A DNA stretch of 49,287 bases. Origin: Girardia tigrina. Taxonomy: Eukaryota. Position numbers and translations under genes: made by a program. Shown piece after piece: positions 36,649 to 49,287 of this stretch. Location of the stretch: contig MQRK01235997.1 of NCBI GenBank assembly GCA_001938485.1, positions 1-49,287 on the forward strand, read 5' to 3'. Positions within the stretch are counted from its first letter, which is position 1, and each line of letters starts with the position of its first letter. The notes under the pieces were generated by a model. The model was not told the DNA's origin and did no database searches. It saw only the letters and a program-made list of their open reading frames with translations.

Positions 36649-37758
36649 AAACTAATTTACATGTAGCATGTATATTTTGACTTTATTGACTTATTGCCGT
36701 CCTGCTTATAAGCTTAGTAATTTATAATTTCTATTCTTATTTAGATATTAAAATGCAAAACTCGAAATATAAAAACAATGAGAATTTTTATTTTGTTGTA
36801 TAACGATGATATAACTCTTTTACTAACATTAAAAGATATTATGAATTACGATATAAATAATTATTATTTTATAAAATAAAGTAGATTGTTCAATTATTAA
36901 ATTAAATAATTACTATTTTTTGTATTTTTCAGTAACTAGAACTTTTTTTGTTTAGAAAAAATATTTAATTTACATTTTTTGTATAATTCTACATTGTAAC
37001 ATGTTTAATAATTCACTTTTTAGATTTTTTATCAATAAAACAATAATTGGTTATACATAGCAAAATATAATTTCATAAAAAAATATAAAATTATTTCTTT
37101 TTTTCAGAGAAAGTATAAAAGTTTTGCAATAAAAGAAATATTTTTAATTAACTTTCCGTTCTTGTTCAAAAGAAGTAATTATTCTTACACATATGTACTG
37201 TGTTATAAAAAAGTGATAAATCAAAAATTATTTTATTTATTTATTGATGAAATATGATTATTTATTTACTAAAATATTTTTTTTTACTTTTTTGTTGAAT
37301 TTTCCCGTTTCTATTTTTAGGTCTCTTTTTTATCAGAAAACCCGTTAAAAAGTTTTCATAATAAATAATTTTATGACTCTAATAGTAATAAAATTTCCAA
37401 TTTATTACTATTAATTAATTTTGGGAATAATTTTAAAGCATTTTTATTCAATTAATTTTCAAAGAAATTAATATAAAATAAAAAATTAAATAAACCGATC
37501 GGCATTATTTTTGTTTTATACTTTTCAACTAAATTTCCCACAAATAAATTTTAATAATTTGTCTTTTTTTGTCGAATAATGAAGATTCAAAATATATGTG
37601 GATTTAATTTTGTGAGCAATTGACTGATTATAATTTTTATATTCAACAAATAAATAAGGAAAAAACTCATGTAAATATTTCAAAAAATATTATAATACTC
37701 ACATTTATTTAACAATTATTTCAAAAATATCTCATTTATCTTGGAAAGGTAAATATAG

Positions 37759-37848
37759 CGATTTGTTGAAGAATATTTAGAATACATCCTCCTGAAGAAA
37801 TCTGATTCCTAATTTGAAGTCAAAGAGGATAGTGTCCCCGTCTCATGG
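37759..37848 (+). pseudogene. Possible HECT E3 ligase exon fragment
   Basis: RFVEEYLEYILLKKSDS*FE resembles HECT EYV..Y.DY.L.KSV..QF; internal TAA. Confidence 0.25.
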
Positions 37849-38439
37849 GTATAAATATGTAAATAAATTCATAATTATATTTATATTGAATTAAAAAAAA
37901 TAAAATGATAAAAATTTGTTTTAACAAAATTATGTTTCTTTGAATCGATTTACAGAAATATTTTGATTTAATATTGTAAATTAACTTCACTTTTAGTAAA
38001 TAATAAAAGAATGGAAGGAGAAATTGCTTAAGAATAAAAATTTGTAAATGTTAAATAAAATTTGAAAATGTAAAAAATACGTTTAAAAAAGAAAATTTGG
38101 TCATTTACCGAACTTTATTATTTTTAAAATTATGATAGTTGGAACTTTCACTACATTTTCTATTAATTTTTGTACAGAAAGATTTACTACATAAAATGTT
38201 CTTTCTGATTCTGTAAAAGGGAAATTCATATTTAATTGATTTAAAATTAAAATAAGTTTCCTCTCAATTATATATAATTTTTCTTTTGTGACCGAAATAT
38301 GAAAACAAAAATTATAATGTTATTGAAATACTTTTTTCCTTATTTAAATCTTATTATAAATTGTTGTGCTATTTAAATTACAATGAACCAAAAGTTATTT
38401 TTGATTTTAAAATCTTTTTTTACTTATTAGACATATTTT

Positions 38440-40391
38440 GGTGAGGCGATTTTACCGCGGGGGACTTTACAGAAAGCTACTTTACCGCGGATTTTTTTCA
38501 GAAAAAATATTAAAAATTTATAATATTAATATTAAATAATTAAATAAATTCAATTTTCTTAAAATTTTTAATTAAGATATTTTTTCCATTGTTACCGAAT
38601 AATACTTTATTAAAATATAATATTTATAATGAAATTTACGTTAATATACCTTTAAAAATATACCTTAAAATATTATAAATTTCTAAAAAGTTTTTTCTCA
38701 CACTTTTTTCAGCATGAATCTTCAATTCTTTACTTCAAAATCTGGAAATCAGATTGTTGCGTATGCATGTAAAGTTGTCGCTAGGCACATTGCTCAGGTG
38801 GTTGCAACTCGTGCATCGCAGACAGTAGAGGCCCCGAGGCAAATTATTCAGAAATCTAAGACTGGGATTCCACTTGACGCTGCAATATTTTTTCCAAGTT
38901 ATCGCTCTAGTCAACGTACAATTCAACGAAAACGAAAACAAGAGAATGTTCTTTGGCCAAATCCAAATCATCTTTCAGAAATAAATGTTCCTGAAAATTT
39001 GAGGTTTACAAATAGAAATGAATCTTTTTTGATATACGATTCTGGTTCTAATGATGCCAACCCGATAATGCTCTTCAGTACAACTGCAAACATAAACATG
39101 ATGGCTTCTTGTGAAAACTTGTTTATGGATGGGACATTCTCTGTCGCCCCTCGATTATTTTACCAAGTTTATGCTATACATGCTTTAAAATCAAACAAAG
39201 TATTACCTCTTGATGACCAATAAAACTCAATTAAATTATACTCGTATGTTTGAAAAGCTTTTAAGACAACAACCAAATTTAAATCCACAAACTATTATGA
39301 TGGATTTTGAAAAAGGAGCAATGAACGCTGTTTCCATTGTATTTTGCAATGCGACTGTTAAAGGCTGTTTTTTCATCGGAACCAATCAATTTGCAAAAAA
39401 ATAAAAGAAACATCAAATCTTCCAGATCTCTATTCAAACAATGATGAAATTAGAACCATTCTGAAATTATTGATGACCTTAACGTTTGTTCCTGTGGATG
39501 ATGTTATCACTGCCTTTTTTGGCTTTATTTGATCTTTCTAATGATTATCCAGAACTCGATGATGCATTTGCTTAATTTGAGGATACATATATTGACCGTG
39601 GTCGTGGAGAACGAAGATTACGTCCTCGATATTCAATTCAGTGTTGGAATGTATATGATCGCGTTATTTCTCCTCTACCACACACAAACAATGTAAAAGA
39701 AGGTTGGCATCGTGCGTCTCAAAATTCTATCGCTTGCAATCACCCAACTGTTTATAGTTTGATAAATCAATTTCGTACTGAACAAGATTTTGTTGAACTA
39801 ATTTTGCAGCGCATTAGAATTCTCATTAGAATTGAAGAATTCCCACAATTCTCAACGCAAATTTATGCCAAAGTAAGTGAGAGGATTGAACGTGTCGTTG
39901 AGCAATACAATGATTTACCAATATTGGATTATCTTACAGACGTTGCTCATAATTTAAACTTTTTGGATTAAAGTATATATTTACTACTCCATTATTTTAA
40001 TATATCAGTTTAATGTTTTTATATCTTTCTTCTATTTACACATCACATTTTTTTGTGTGTTATTCATTTGTTCTAGAATGTTATTTGAATTTTTTTAAAT
40101 TTGGAATTTACTAATTTTTCGTATGTTCTTTGTTTATTTTTTATATTAAAAAGAATAATTAAATGTCATGTCGATCTGAAATTTTCTATCAACTTATGTT
40201 TTAAAATTAAAACCTTTGTATGATTCATTGTTTTATCATGACATAATTAAAAATTTTTATTCATATTTTAGATGAAATTGTTCACTTATTGACAATTTTG
40301 TTATAAATTTTCCGTGGTAAAGTCGACCGCTGTAAAGTAACCCACGGTAAAGTCACCCGCAGTAAAGTCGACGCGGTAAAGTCAAAGTACC
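38440..40391 (+). mobile_element. MULE (Mutator/Phantom-like) transposon with degenerate transposase (38714-39971)
   Basis: Perfect 9-bp TSD ACATATTTT; TIRs built from roughly 15-bp GACTTTACCGCG subrepeats; motifs FMDGTF..P..FYQVYAIHA, MDFEKGAMNA, KGCFF, TNNVKEGWH. Confidence 0.95.
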
Positions 40392-41597
40392 ACATATTTT
40401 ATATGCTTGTGTTATATACTTGCTTGTGTTATATATAATTTAAAGGTCTTGAATTATTCTACAATAATATTACCATAATATTTTAAAAACTGTAATGGAT
40501 TGTTTTATAAAATTTTAACTCCTAAAAATATCATGAAAAAACATTAGAAATTTATGTCTTTTTACGCCATTATTTTGAGTTACATTTTTAAATATTATCC
40601 AATATTATATTCTTAGAGTACAAATTTATATTTCAGTAATGGACAATTTTTTTGTTGCTTGAATGATTTTTTTCGTATGAATTTTTATGAAAACTTATAA
40701 GGCTCAAAAATGTATTCGTAGCAGAATAGCAAATAATTTTTTTTATAATTTTAATTTCTTTTATACCATAAGAGGAGTTAGTTAATTTTCTTCTGCTGAC
40801 AAAATCTAATAATTAGGTAATGATTAAAATTCTAGAACATAATTTGAAACATCCTTTTAAAATATTCTAAATTAAAAATTAAAGCAATTTTTCGAAAAAA
40901 ATATAAAAATGGGAAGCTGAAAATTTGTTTGAATTTGTTTGTAAAACAACTGAAACTTTGTTCTAATAAAAATGAATTTTAATTCGCATATTGAAAACGA
41001 TATCAATGCACTTAATATACCCAATACAATTATTTTCTGTACTCATTCTTATTCAAATTCTTTTGTAATTTTTGTGGGTTGTTTTTTATAATATTAAGTA
41101 AAATATTAAAGAAAACTCAATAGATGTTATTTCCGAATTTTCAATAAATATATAAAAAACAATATAATAAATAATCTCAAAAGTAAATAATCAAAAAAAG
41201 AGAAAAAGTTATATTATAAAATTGTATTTGTTTAAACAGTAACTTTTCTAAAATTTCAAAGCATATAAAGTTTCAATTTTTTATTGAAATATAATATTTT
41301 ATTATGATAATAACTTAATTAATTAACCTAATTCTAGTTGAATGGTATTAGAAGAGTTCTAAAGAATGTATTGCTAATTTAATTTTCAATTTAAGACTAA
41401 CATCGAAAATTAAAATAAATCATCACAAACGAATAAAGGTAATAACGAGATTAAAATATTAAAAACAGTATACCAAAAAGAAAAAACTAATAAACGTAAA
41501 TACAAACAAGTCTTTCAAAGAAAGGAAATTAAATAACATTAACAGAGAAATATATTATTTATATATTTTTTATTCATCGTACCATTATATATATATA

Positions 41598-41827
41598 TCT
41601 TATCTTATAAAAGCCCATGTCACTCACTGCTTCACTAACGCTCATATTATCTACTTACAATTGTAAGTAGATATTTATATTAATAATAATTCATATGGAA
41701 AATTATTATTAGCAGAATTATTCATGATAATTTTCCATATGAATTATTATTAATATAATTATCTACTTACAATTGTAATTATATAACTATATAATTATAT
41801 CCGTCATACATGACGGGTTATTTACTA

Positions 41828-41828
<1 letters not shown>
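41598..41828 (+). mobile_element. Mini-Helitron family B, complete, about 230 bp
   Basis: 5' TC start, internal inverted repeat of about 50 bp, 3' hairpin CCGTCATACATGACGG and CTAG|T. Confidence 0.8.
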
Positions 41829-41865
<37 letters not shown>

Positions 41866-42204
41866 CAATTTGCGAAGAAAATATAAATAAACAAATTAGT
41901 TTAAATATATTGTCTCCAAAGAAAATTCAGTAAGATGTACTTAAAATTTTGGTTACCTGCTACACGTATCAACCTTTTTTTTGAATATCCGCCACCTAAA
42001 TTCTACTCGATATCTATGCACAACAGATTTGCGAATTGACAATTTTAGTCTCTTTCTGTCACTCTGTAATCAGATCATTTAGTTGACTCAATTTACTTAT
42101 GCCTCTAAAACGTTCTTTCACCCCTTTCAGTCTTTAAAGAACGTTTTACGAACGCCAAAATGTTTTTTAGCAGTGACTATTCCATACAAACCGATAACAT
42201 ATAA

Positions 42205-44077
42205 TTAATATGTAGCGGTTCTATCGGAAATTAGCTTCGATTGCCTTTCATTAATCTGGGCTGTAAAATTTGGTACTTTAAAAAGTCTGGATCGCTTACT
42301 TATATCAAAAAGATGCATCACACATTCGAATTGTTCGTCATTTAAAACAAACTGAACAACTTCATCAAAGGTCTTTATTAACCCACTTTTTACCTTTTTA
42401 ACAAGAACAAATCGTAAATTGCAGTACTGGTACAAACATTTGGCTTTCATATCAGCAGATATACTCAACAAAGTTTTATATCTTAACAACAGGAACGAAA
42501 TTTCTTCTTTGCCAAGATTGAAGTATTTTATGTTAGTTAAAGCTGATATCTCGAACAAGCTTCTTTCCATAAGTTCATTTTTAGGACAACGATCATCCAA
42601 ATACAAATACTATCTTTCAATGAATCTTAGAATGGAAGAAGTATTTACGTCAGGATTGCTTATAATCATCTTCTTAACTTCTTCATTCCAATGAACGTTT
42701 TCGTCAAGATACTGAACTAGTAGCTTAGCGAAATTTGCTCAGACAAACTGAAACGCTTCAATTGTCGTAATACTTTTCGCTACTGCAGTTTGCACAAATT
42801 AACCAGTTCACTCATAACATCGTTAAAAACATGCAATGAAGTTCGAAACTGGGATCTATTAATTTCTTCAGGCGGTATTTATTTACCGGATCATTATTCA
42901 GGTTTACCTGCTCCAGGTAGAATTCATCTAAAACAGTAAAGTTTTTCATCAGTGTTTTTAACGCAAAGTGACGTGAAAGCCATCTTACTTCATTCAATGG
43001 TGTAAAGGCGACGTAATCGCATTCTAAAACGTTTGCAAGTTCCCTGAACTCAGATTTCTTAACTGTTGATCAACTTAACAGCGTATAAACGGTTCTACGA
43101 AATGTTTCAATGTCTGCCATCAAAGAAACATGCTTGCAAGCGTCGTCTATGCCTAAGTCTTATCGATGAGCGACACAGTGCGGTTCAAACAGATGTGAAA
43201 CGCTGCTTCAAAGAATTGCAGCCACACCATTGTTCTTGCCGAGAATCACCGACGCACTATCTGACGTAAACATAACCATTTTCTACATGTCCAAGGAATG
43301 TTCTTTGTAAAACTCACTCATCGTGTTTGATATTGAATTACTTTCACACTTATTCAAATTCACAATTCCAAAAATCTGTTTTATATGACGTAACAGGACG
43401 ATATTTGGCGTATAAAATTAACATCTTAGAAACTGAAATACCCATGCTCTCGTCTACTTTCAAGGTATGGAAATTTGAAGTACGCAATTCCGTCATGATT
43501 TCATTCTTGACTACTGTATTTATACACTCAAGAAATTCAAACACGTAACTTTTGCTGCGTTAATTGTTAGGAATTGACGTATACTTAGCTAAATGATCGT
43601 GTATGTCCTGGACTGCCCTTATTGACGCATTTGTATTAATAGCTAAGAGAATGTTGTCCATCAACACTTTTATCTGGTCAGCTTTTGTAGTTTTACGTTG
43701 TGTTATTTCTTGCCTAAATTCTCGGTCGACGGAACTCTCGGTAAACATTCTCTGCAACGTTCCTAGCTGTTTTGATCTAAGTTTTTCCACAGTGCCAGTG
43801 TGTATTTTTTACTGTATATGTTGTTTGAGATAATCCAACTTCCAATCGTTCCATCGTTTTCCTTCGCAGAAATCATTGTCTGTATTTCCTTTTATGCAGA
43901 TTTCACAAAATACACTGTCATCAGTTTATTTCATTTAGTTTCATTAAGTTTAACAGATTTATCAAAGAAAACTCTTGTTATAACAACTTCGTTAAGCCAT
44001 TCTACTTTAAATTTCTTGCTACACTTCTTATTTTGAACTACCGACTTGCTCGACTCATTTGATTGGCGCTTCGACAT
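42205..44077 (-). mobile_element. Degenerate hAT transposase (ZNF862-like)
   Basis: Motifs KVDESMGISVSKMLILYAKY and NEVRWLSR in frameshifted ORFs; ATG at 44077. TIRs not resolved. Confidence 0.8.
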
Positions 44078-45099
44078 AAGGGTTGTTAATTACAACTAAA
44101 TCAATTTATTTTTTATTTAAAGAATAGAATCGAAAAGATTTTTATTTAAAAAAATAGAATTTAGATATATTTTACTTACAAATAGGATTCCGATAAAACT
44201 ACAAATTATCTAAATTTATTTACAAAATACTGACATTTAAACACAAAAACAGTGATAAAGCTGCTGCATTTTTATACCTATTCTTCAAATTCTTTGTTAA
44301 ATGTCTAATGTAGTTGCATTTGACTATATTTAGAATTTTATTGTTTATTGCTGACAATTAACTTAAAGCTCTATCCGAAATCAATACCGTTTTGTCGTTG
44401 TTGATTTCAAACATAAAATTTAATTTTGTTAAGAAAAACACCCAGCTGTCTGTGATTTCTAAGGCAATCAATAAACAGTCAATAAATTAATCTCATAAAT
44501 TAATTTATTTTAAATCTCATAAATAATGAAACAGATTAATTTATTAAAATCCATAAATAGAATTTTACTAATTGGAATAAAATGTGTGTCACCATTTTGT
44601 CAAAGATGTCACGTTAAAGCTTACTCAGTAATGTTCAAAAATTACTGCGCAGCCGCGCCACTTAGAGGTAACGTTGGTTGCTTTACCCTTGCCATTTTCA
44701 AGATTTTCGAAACAATTTTGAATGACTAATATTTATTCACATCTTCTGCAATGGACAATTGTATTTCAAGTATCAACGTGTTAATATTTATAGTTACTAG
44801 AGAGACAATTGACGGCTAAATATCTCAAGATCATTGACGAACATTTATTGAGTCAAAACTAATTCAAGTATAAAAAAATACTCAAAGTAATTCAAAGTCA
44901 TAAATTTTAATATTATCAATATTTCAATATATTAAGTCTTCATATTTTGATACAATAAATATTTAAGAAACATAAGACAACTCTCAAAAGTCATTAATAT
45001 AAGGTCATTTTATAAAACTATTTGAGAACAATAAGAAAGGGACAACTACAAAAAACGATTTTTTCAAGTGAGTCAAAACATTTGCATAGTGTATGCATA

Positions 45100-46310
45100 T
45101 TAGGTTGCTACGAAAGTTTTGAGTGTTAATTAAATACTATAAATAAATTTTTAAATTTAATTTTGTCTTACATTGATTATATATATTATGGATTTTGTGT
45201 ATTATATATTTTCAGGAGAATTTCGATATATTATTCACATTGAAGTCTTTTCTATACAAAGTTCTTTATTTTAAGAATAAGTTTTAAATGTCAAAAAATA
45301 GTACAGAGTTTGCAACTTGATTTTTCATGAATTTAAACTTGGTAGTAAAGTTGCAAAAACGCCTTAAAATCTTTACACTAGCAAAGAATCAGCTTCAACA
45401 ACTGAAAGAACATGTTTTCAATGGTATGCTAAATTTTATTCCGGCATTACATATCCTCAAGACAAGAAGCGCTCCAGACGCTCACCAACCATAGAAAAAT
45501 AAAGTGGATCTGACCCAGGCAACACACGATCTCTAATTTTCTACACAACTATTATTTGGAACCTTCAAAAAATTATCAAGAAAAATAAATGTTATAAGGA
45601 GGTCCCAGATAAACTCAACAAAATGTAACAGAATTAATAAATTAACGACTAATCTTGGCTATCGCACAAATTCAGAGGTGGTTGATTGCATTGAATTTTG
45701 ACGTTCTATCAGAAGAAACTTGTCAACGATCACCGAAAACGCAAAAAAATCAATGGCTTAGTTCAGTTAAACTTAGAAAATGGACGTCTTGAAGTGATCT
45801 ACATCATAAAAAGGTGATATTGTGCCAATCGTGGATGGTTCACTCGGTATTCCTTTCGCGCTATCAAACCATCATCTCTGAAGTTTACTGCAAAAAATAA
45901 GACTATGTTCAAGCTGCTCTACATGTTTGAGTTATCAACATGGCGCATGTTTATTTTCAATAAGACAGTACAAAACCTCATTTTTAACACCGGACATACC
46001 AGAAACTTGATGAATTGTGTGGGGATATTCTAAAGTACCCACTATTTAGCCCAGACGTTGTTCAGTTCGATTATCGTATTTTCCGGTCACCAGAGCATTT
46101 CCTTCGCAAACACCGTTTCATTGAAGATAAATACAAAATACAGGCCCTTCAAATAATTTTTGATCTGAACACAAAATAGTGTTACCACTGCTAAAGTTTC
46201 TTGTTGCAACCTCATTCGAGAAGTGTAATCGAAAGTAAAGTAAATCTTGTTATTGTAAAAATTTCATTTTTAATAAAATGTTAACTTACTGAAAAAACTT
46301 TCATTCCAAC

Positions 46311-46314
<4 letters not shown>
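45100..46314 (+). mobile_element. Near full-length degenerate mariner
   Basis: TIRs TTAGGTTGCTACGAAAGTTTT / AAAACTTTCATTCCAACCTAA, TA TSD, 1.2 kb; decayed YSPDLAPSDY (FSPDVVQFDYRIF). Confidence 0.88.
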
Positions 46315-46353
<39 letters not shown>

Positions 46354-47005
46354 CATTTGTTAATAATAATTTATAATAATAAAAATATATATTTATAACT
46401 GTATATTATTATATTTCACTTTTAAAAATAATATTTATATGTGAATTTATAAAAAATCACTGAAGTAATACTAATTATAATGTTCTTAAAATGTTTTGAT
46501 TGATAAAGACATTATATTGTTACTTAAAAATACGAAGACGTTATAATTTTATTTTTTCATAAATTTATTTTTCGATAATTTGCTTGTTAATTGTTCTCTT
46601 AAAAAAATATATTAAAATTATCTTTGAGTTAAAATTATATTTTCTTAAATACCTAATTAGTATATAATTTTATTTCTATGTAGCCTTTATGAAACTACTT
46701 CTGAATTATTGATTAAAATTAATAAAAATATTTTTCATATGTACAAAAATTTCTTTTATAAGAAAATTTATATTTCTCTGAATGAAAAAAAAATAAAAAA
46801 ATAAATTGTGGTTCATTTATTTTTTTTTGTAGTTTTGTTGTTAAAAGTCATTTTAAATATGAAAATTTATTTTAATTCTCAATAAAAAAAATTAGCGTAC
46901 TTTTGTAAATAATTAAAAATAAATTAAAAATAATTTAAACAGACTCCAATTTTTTATTTGTTCATTTTTAAATAATTAAAAAAATTTTTTTCTTTCAATA
47001 AATAG

Positions 47006-47608
47006 AATTAATTTTTTCCAGGTAAATTAATTTTTTTCTCCAATTTTGTAATTTTATACATATTTTCCAAAAGAAAAATTATTAAACTAATTAAATCAGT
47101 ATTGACTCATTGAAGTTTCAATTTTCATGCCAAACAACAAATTGGAAAATATTTATTTTTATATTTATTTAAATTTATTTATATTTATAAATTGCTTTTT
47201 GTTATTGTTGTTGTTGTTTCAGAGAAATATATATTTAAAACTAAAGTTTAACTGTTTGAGGAAACTATTAATATTTTCACAAAAAATAAATAATTGACGG
47301 TTTTTGTTTTGGTTAAGAGAGCCACTTCCGGATCATTACTTTCTCACTATGACCCCCTATTACAACCGGTATACGAGAGGAAACAAAATTATTTGCAACA
47401 AAAACCAAATGACAACTGGATCAATTCGCTGTCCGGATCATTATTACAATGGCCAAATTTATGCCTATCGAACCGTGAATGATCAGTGTACTCATAACGT
47501 AAGATACATTTCTTTCCGAGGAAATTAAATTTTTCTATTTGACAATATATTTTGTTATTAAACAACAGTGTTTTTAATGAATAATAAGTGTTTATTTAAG
47601 CGTTTCAG
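47006..47608 (+). CDS. Candidate host gene segment (exons 47006-47021, 47318-47498, 47601-47608)
   Basis: AG/GT boundaries with compatible phases: LIFS-R-EPLPDHYFLTMTPYYNRYTRGNKIICNKNQMTTGSIRCPDHYYNGQIYAYRTVNDQCTHN-RF. Confidence 0.4.
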
Positions 47609-47875
47609 GTAACATAGAAATATGATATTTTATAAGATATTGTCGATGGGATATTGCTATTGTTGTATTTTTATATATTCATGACAAAAATATAAATAAG
47701 ATTTAATCATAGTTTAATGATCAAATAAAATATCTTTTATTATTTTAATTATAATTTTCAAAATAATTTGATTGTACCAATAACCTTTAATTTTCTTTTC
47801 AAAACATTATATTTAATATTTCCTAATTAAGGTTTTTTCAAAATAGATACACACAGGCATATATATATATATATA

Positions 47876-49130
47876 CCAAGCTGGTCATAATATTAGTGTT
47901 TTGGAAAAAGTATTGTTTGGTGAAAGATAGATAGACTCGCATTTGATGCTATAATTTTTGCACAAAATAGTGGATATACAACAATAAACAAAATTCCAAA
48001 CTTTAAGGTTAATATTTTGAAGGATCACCTTTAGCAGCAATTATAACCGCAAAGCGATTTAGCATGGAATTCAGCAATGACAGACCATACTCAGGTGTCA
48101 TATCGCAGCACCATACTTCAGTATTTTTTTCTTTAAAATCGTTCCTAGATGTCGGTTGCAATGCAGATTCCTTCTTTTTGAGTTTCACCTAGCAGTTCTC
48201 TATAGGTTTCAGGTCAGTTGAACTGCAAGGTCAGGGGCCAAGTACCTATTCACGCACACACTTTGCATTAAGTGCTGGAGCACCGTCGTGTTGAAATTGA
48301 TCCCATTGAGACCTTTGCATAGCTACCAACAACTTCACTTGTAACAATCCAAGATATACTTGGGTAGTTATTGTTGAATTTTCTGGCATACACAATAGTG
48401 ATCCACTACAAGCTGTCGAAATAGTCCCCCATATCATTGTCGATGGTGAGGTCTTAACGCTCGGGAGGGTATATCTTTGATTATATCTCTCGCCAACTGG
48501 CCGGCGGACATGGGTGGAGAAAATGAAGAACTGCTTACCCAGTGTTTCGTTTGTGAAAAGAATTGAGTTACATTGCTACCAGTCGGTGTATCGCTCAGCA
48601 AACTCCAGCCTATCGATAATGTTCTCGGGAGAAAATCGTAAAATGCATGCTGATCGGTAGACACGGAATGAAATATCTACTTTTAATCTCCAACGCACTG
48701 TTCTGGCACTAACAGACAACGGTAATTTGGAGTCAATAAATGACGATGAATCAATGGGATCAGTTGTTTTCAGCTACTGCATCATTCAATTAGCTGTTTG
48801 TGATGTTGGATGTTTTCTGCAAGTTTATTTTCTTGCAGCGTAGGAACATGTAGAACGATGACATACATACACTGTTGTACCGTAGATTCAACAACATTTA
48901 ATTGCTGTGCTATAACTTTTTGAGTATGAACATCTTCCTTTAAAAACACCATCTGTAACATTGTTTTATACAAAATATCTTTTCGGCGTCCCATGTTTAA
49001 CAAACTGAAGACGAGAAAATGAATAATTTCCACGATGTAAACTGATATAAATAGATAAATTGCATACACACATTAAACAGAAATGTACACATATTATGAT
49101 GCAACACAATTAACACTATCGCATGAGTCA
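47876..49130 (-). mobile_element. Degenerate Tc1-family transposon
   Basis: MGRRKD..TQKVIAQQL N-terminus (ATG 48994), MIWGTIS, FQHDGAP, DLKPIEN; degenerate TIRs after (TA)n. Confidence 0.88.
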
Positions 49131-49287
49131 TATTAACAGAGAAAATTATTAATAAAAATTTTTTTTAAAAAAACAACCACGTTTTTCAAGCATTATCAAT
49201 GCACTAAAAAGAGGAAAATAATTTTTTTTCTAGACATGTGCGAAATTTTATACCTAACCAAAAACGTGGGACGGATTTCTGAATTAC

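Noticed and set aside
40308-40385. Regularly spaced short repeats (CRISPR-like)
   Set aside because: 15-bp period with no spacers; these are MULE TIR subrepeats in eukaryotic DNA.

Overview
Very AT-rich eukaryotic DNA, probably from a bilaterian invertebrate judging by the 18S remnant (weak inference). It is a draft assembly with four N gaps and is dominated by decayed transposons. Retroelements: a GC-rich Ty3/Gypsy remnant fused to a second Gypsy fragment, a near-complete 4.3-kb LTR retrotransposon lacking the RT core, a 5S-derived SINE, and a structured non-LTR-like leader carrying a degenerate HDV-like ribozyme. DNA elements: several mariner/Tc1 copies, a MULE with a perfect 9-bp TSD, two hAT-type elements, MITEs and non-autonomous Helitron/Helentron families. 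Between them lie decayed fragments of host genes: GOSR1 exon 1, the 5' end of eEF2, the 3' third of 18S rRNA and several orphan exons. No intact full-length protein gene is evident. The most interesting candidates are (i) a chain of 6-37-nt micro-exons at 19.3-21.1 kb that splices in frame into a Cys-rich CxC...CCDPDC peptide, (ii) the HDV-like ribozyme-headed element, and (iii) the dense set of DNA-level gene fragments. All calls were made by eye, without database searches.
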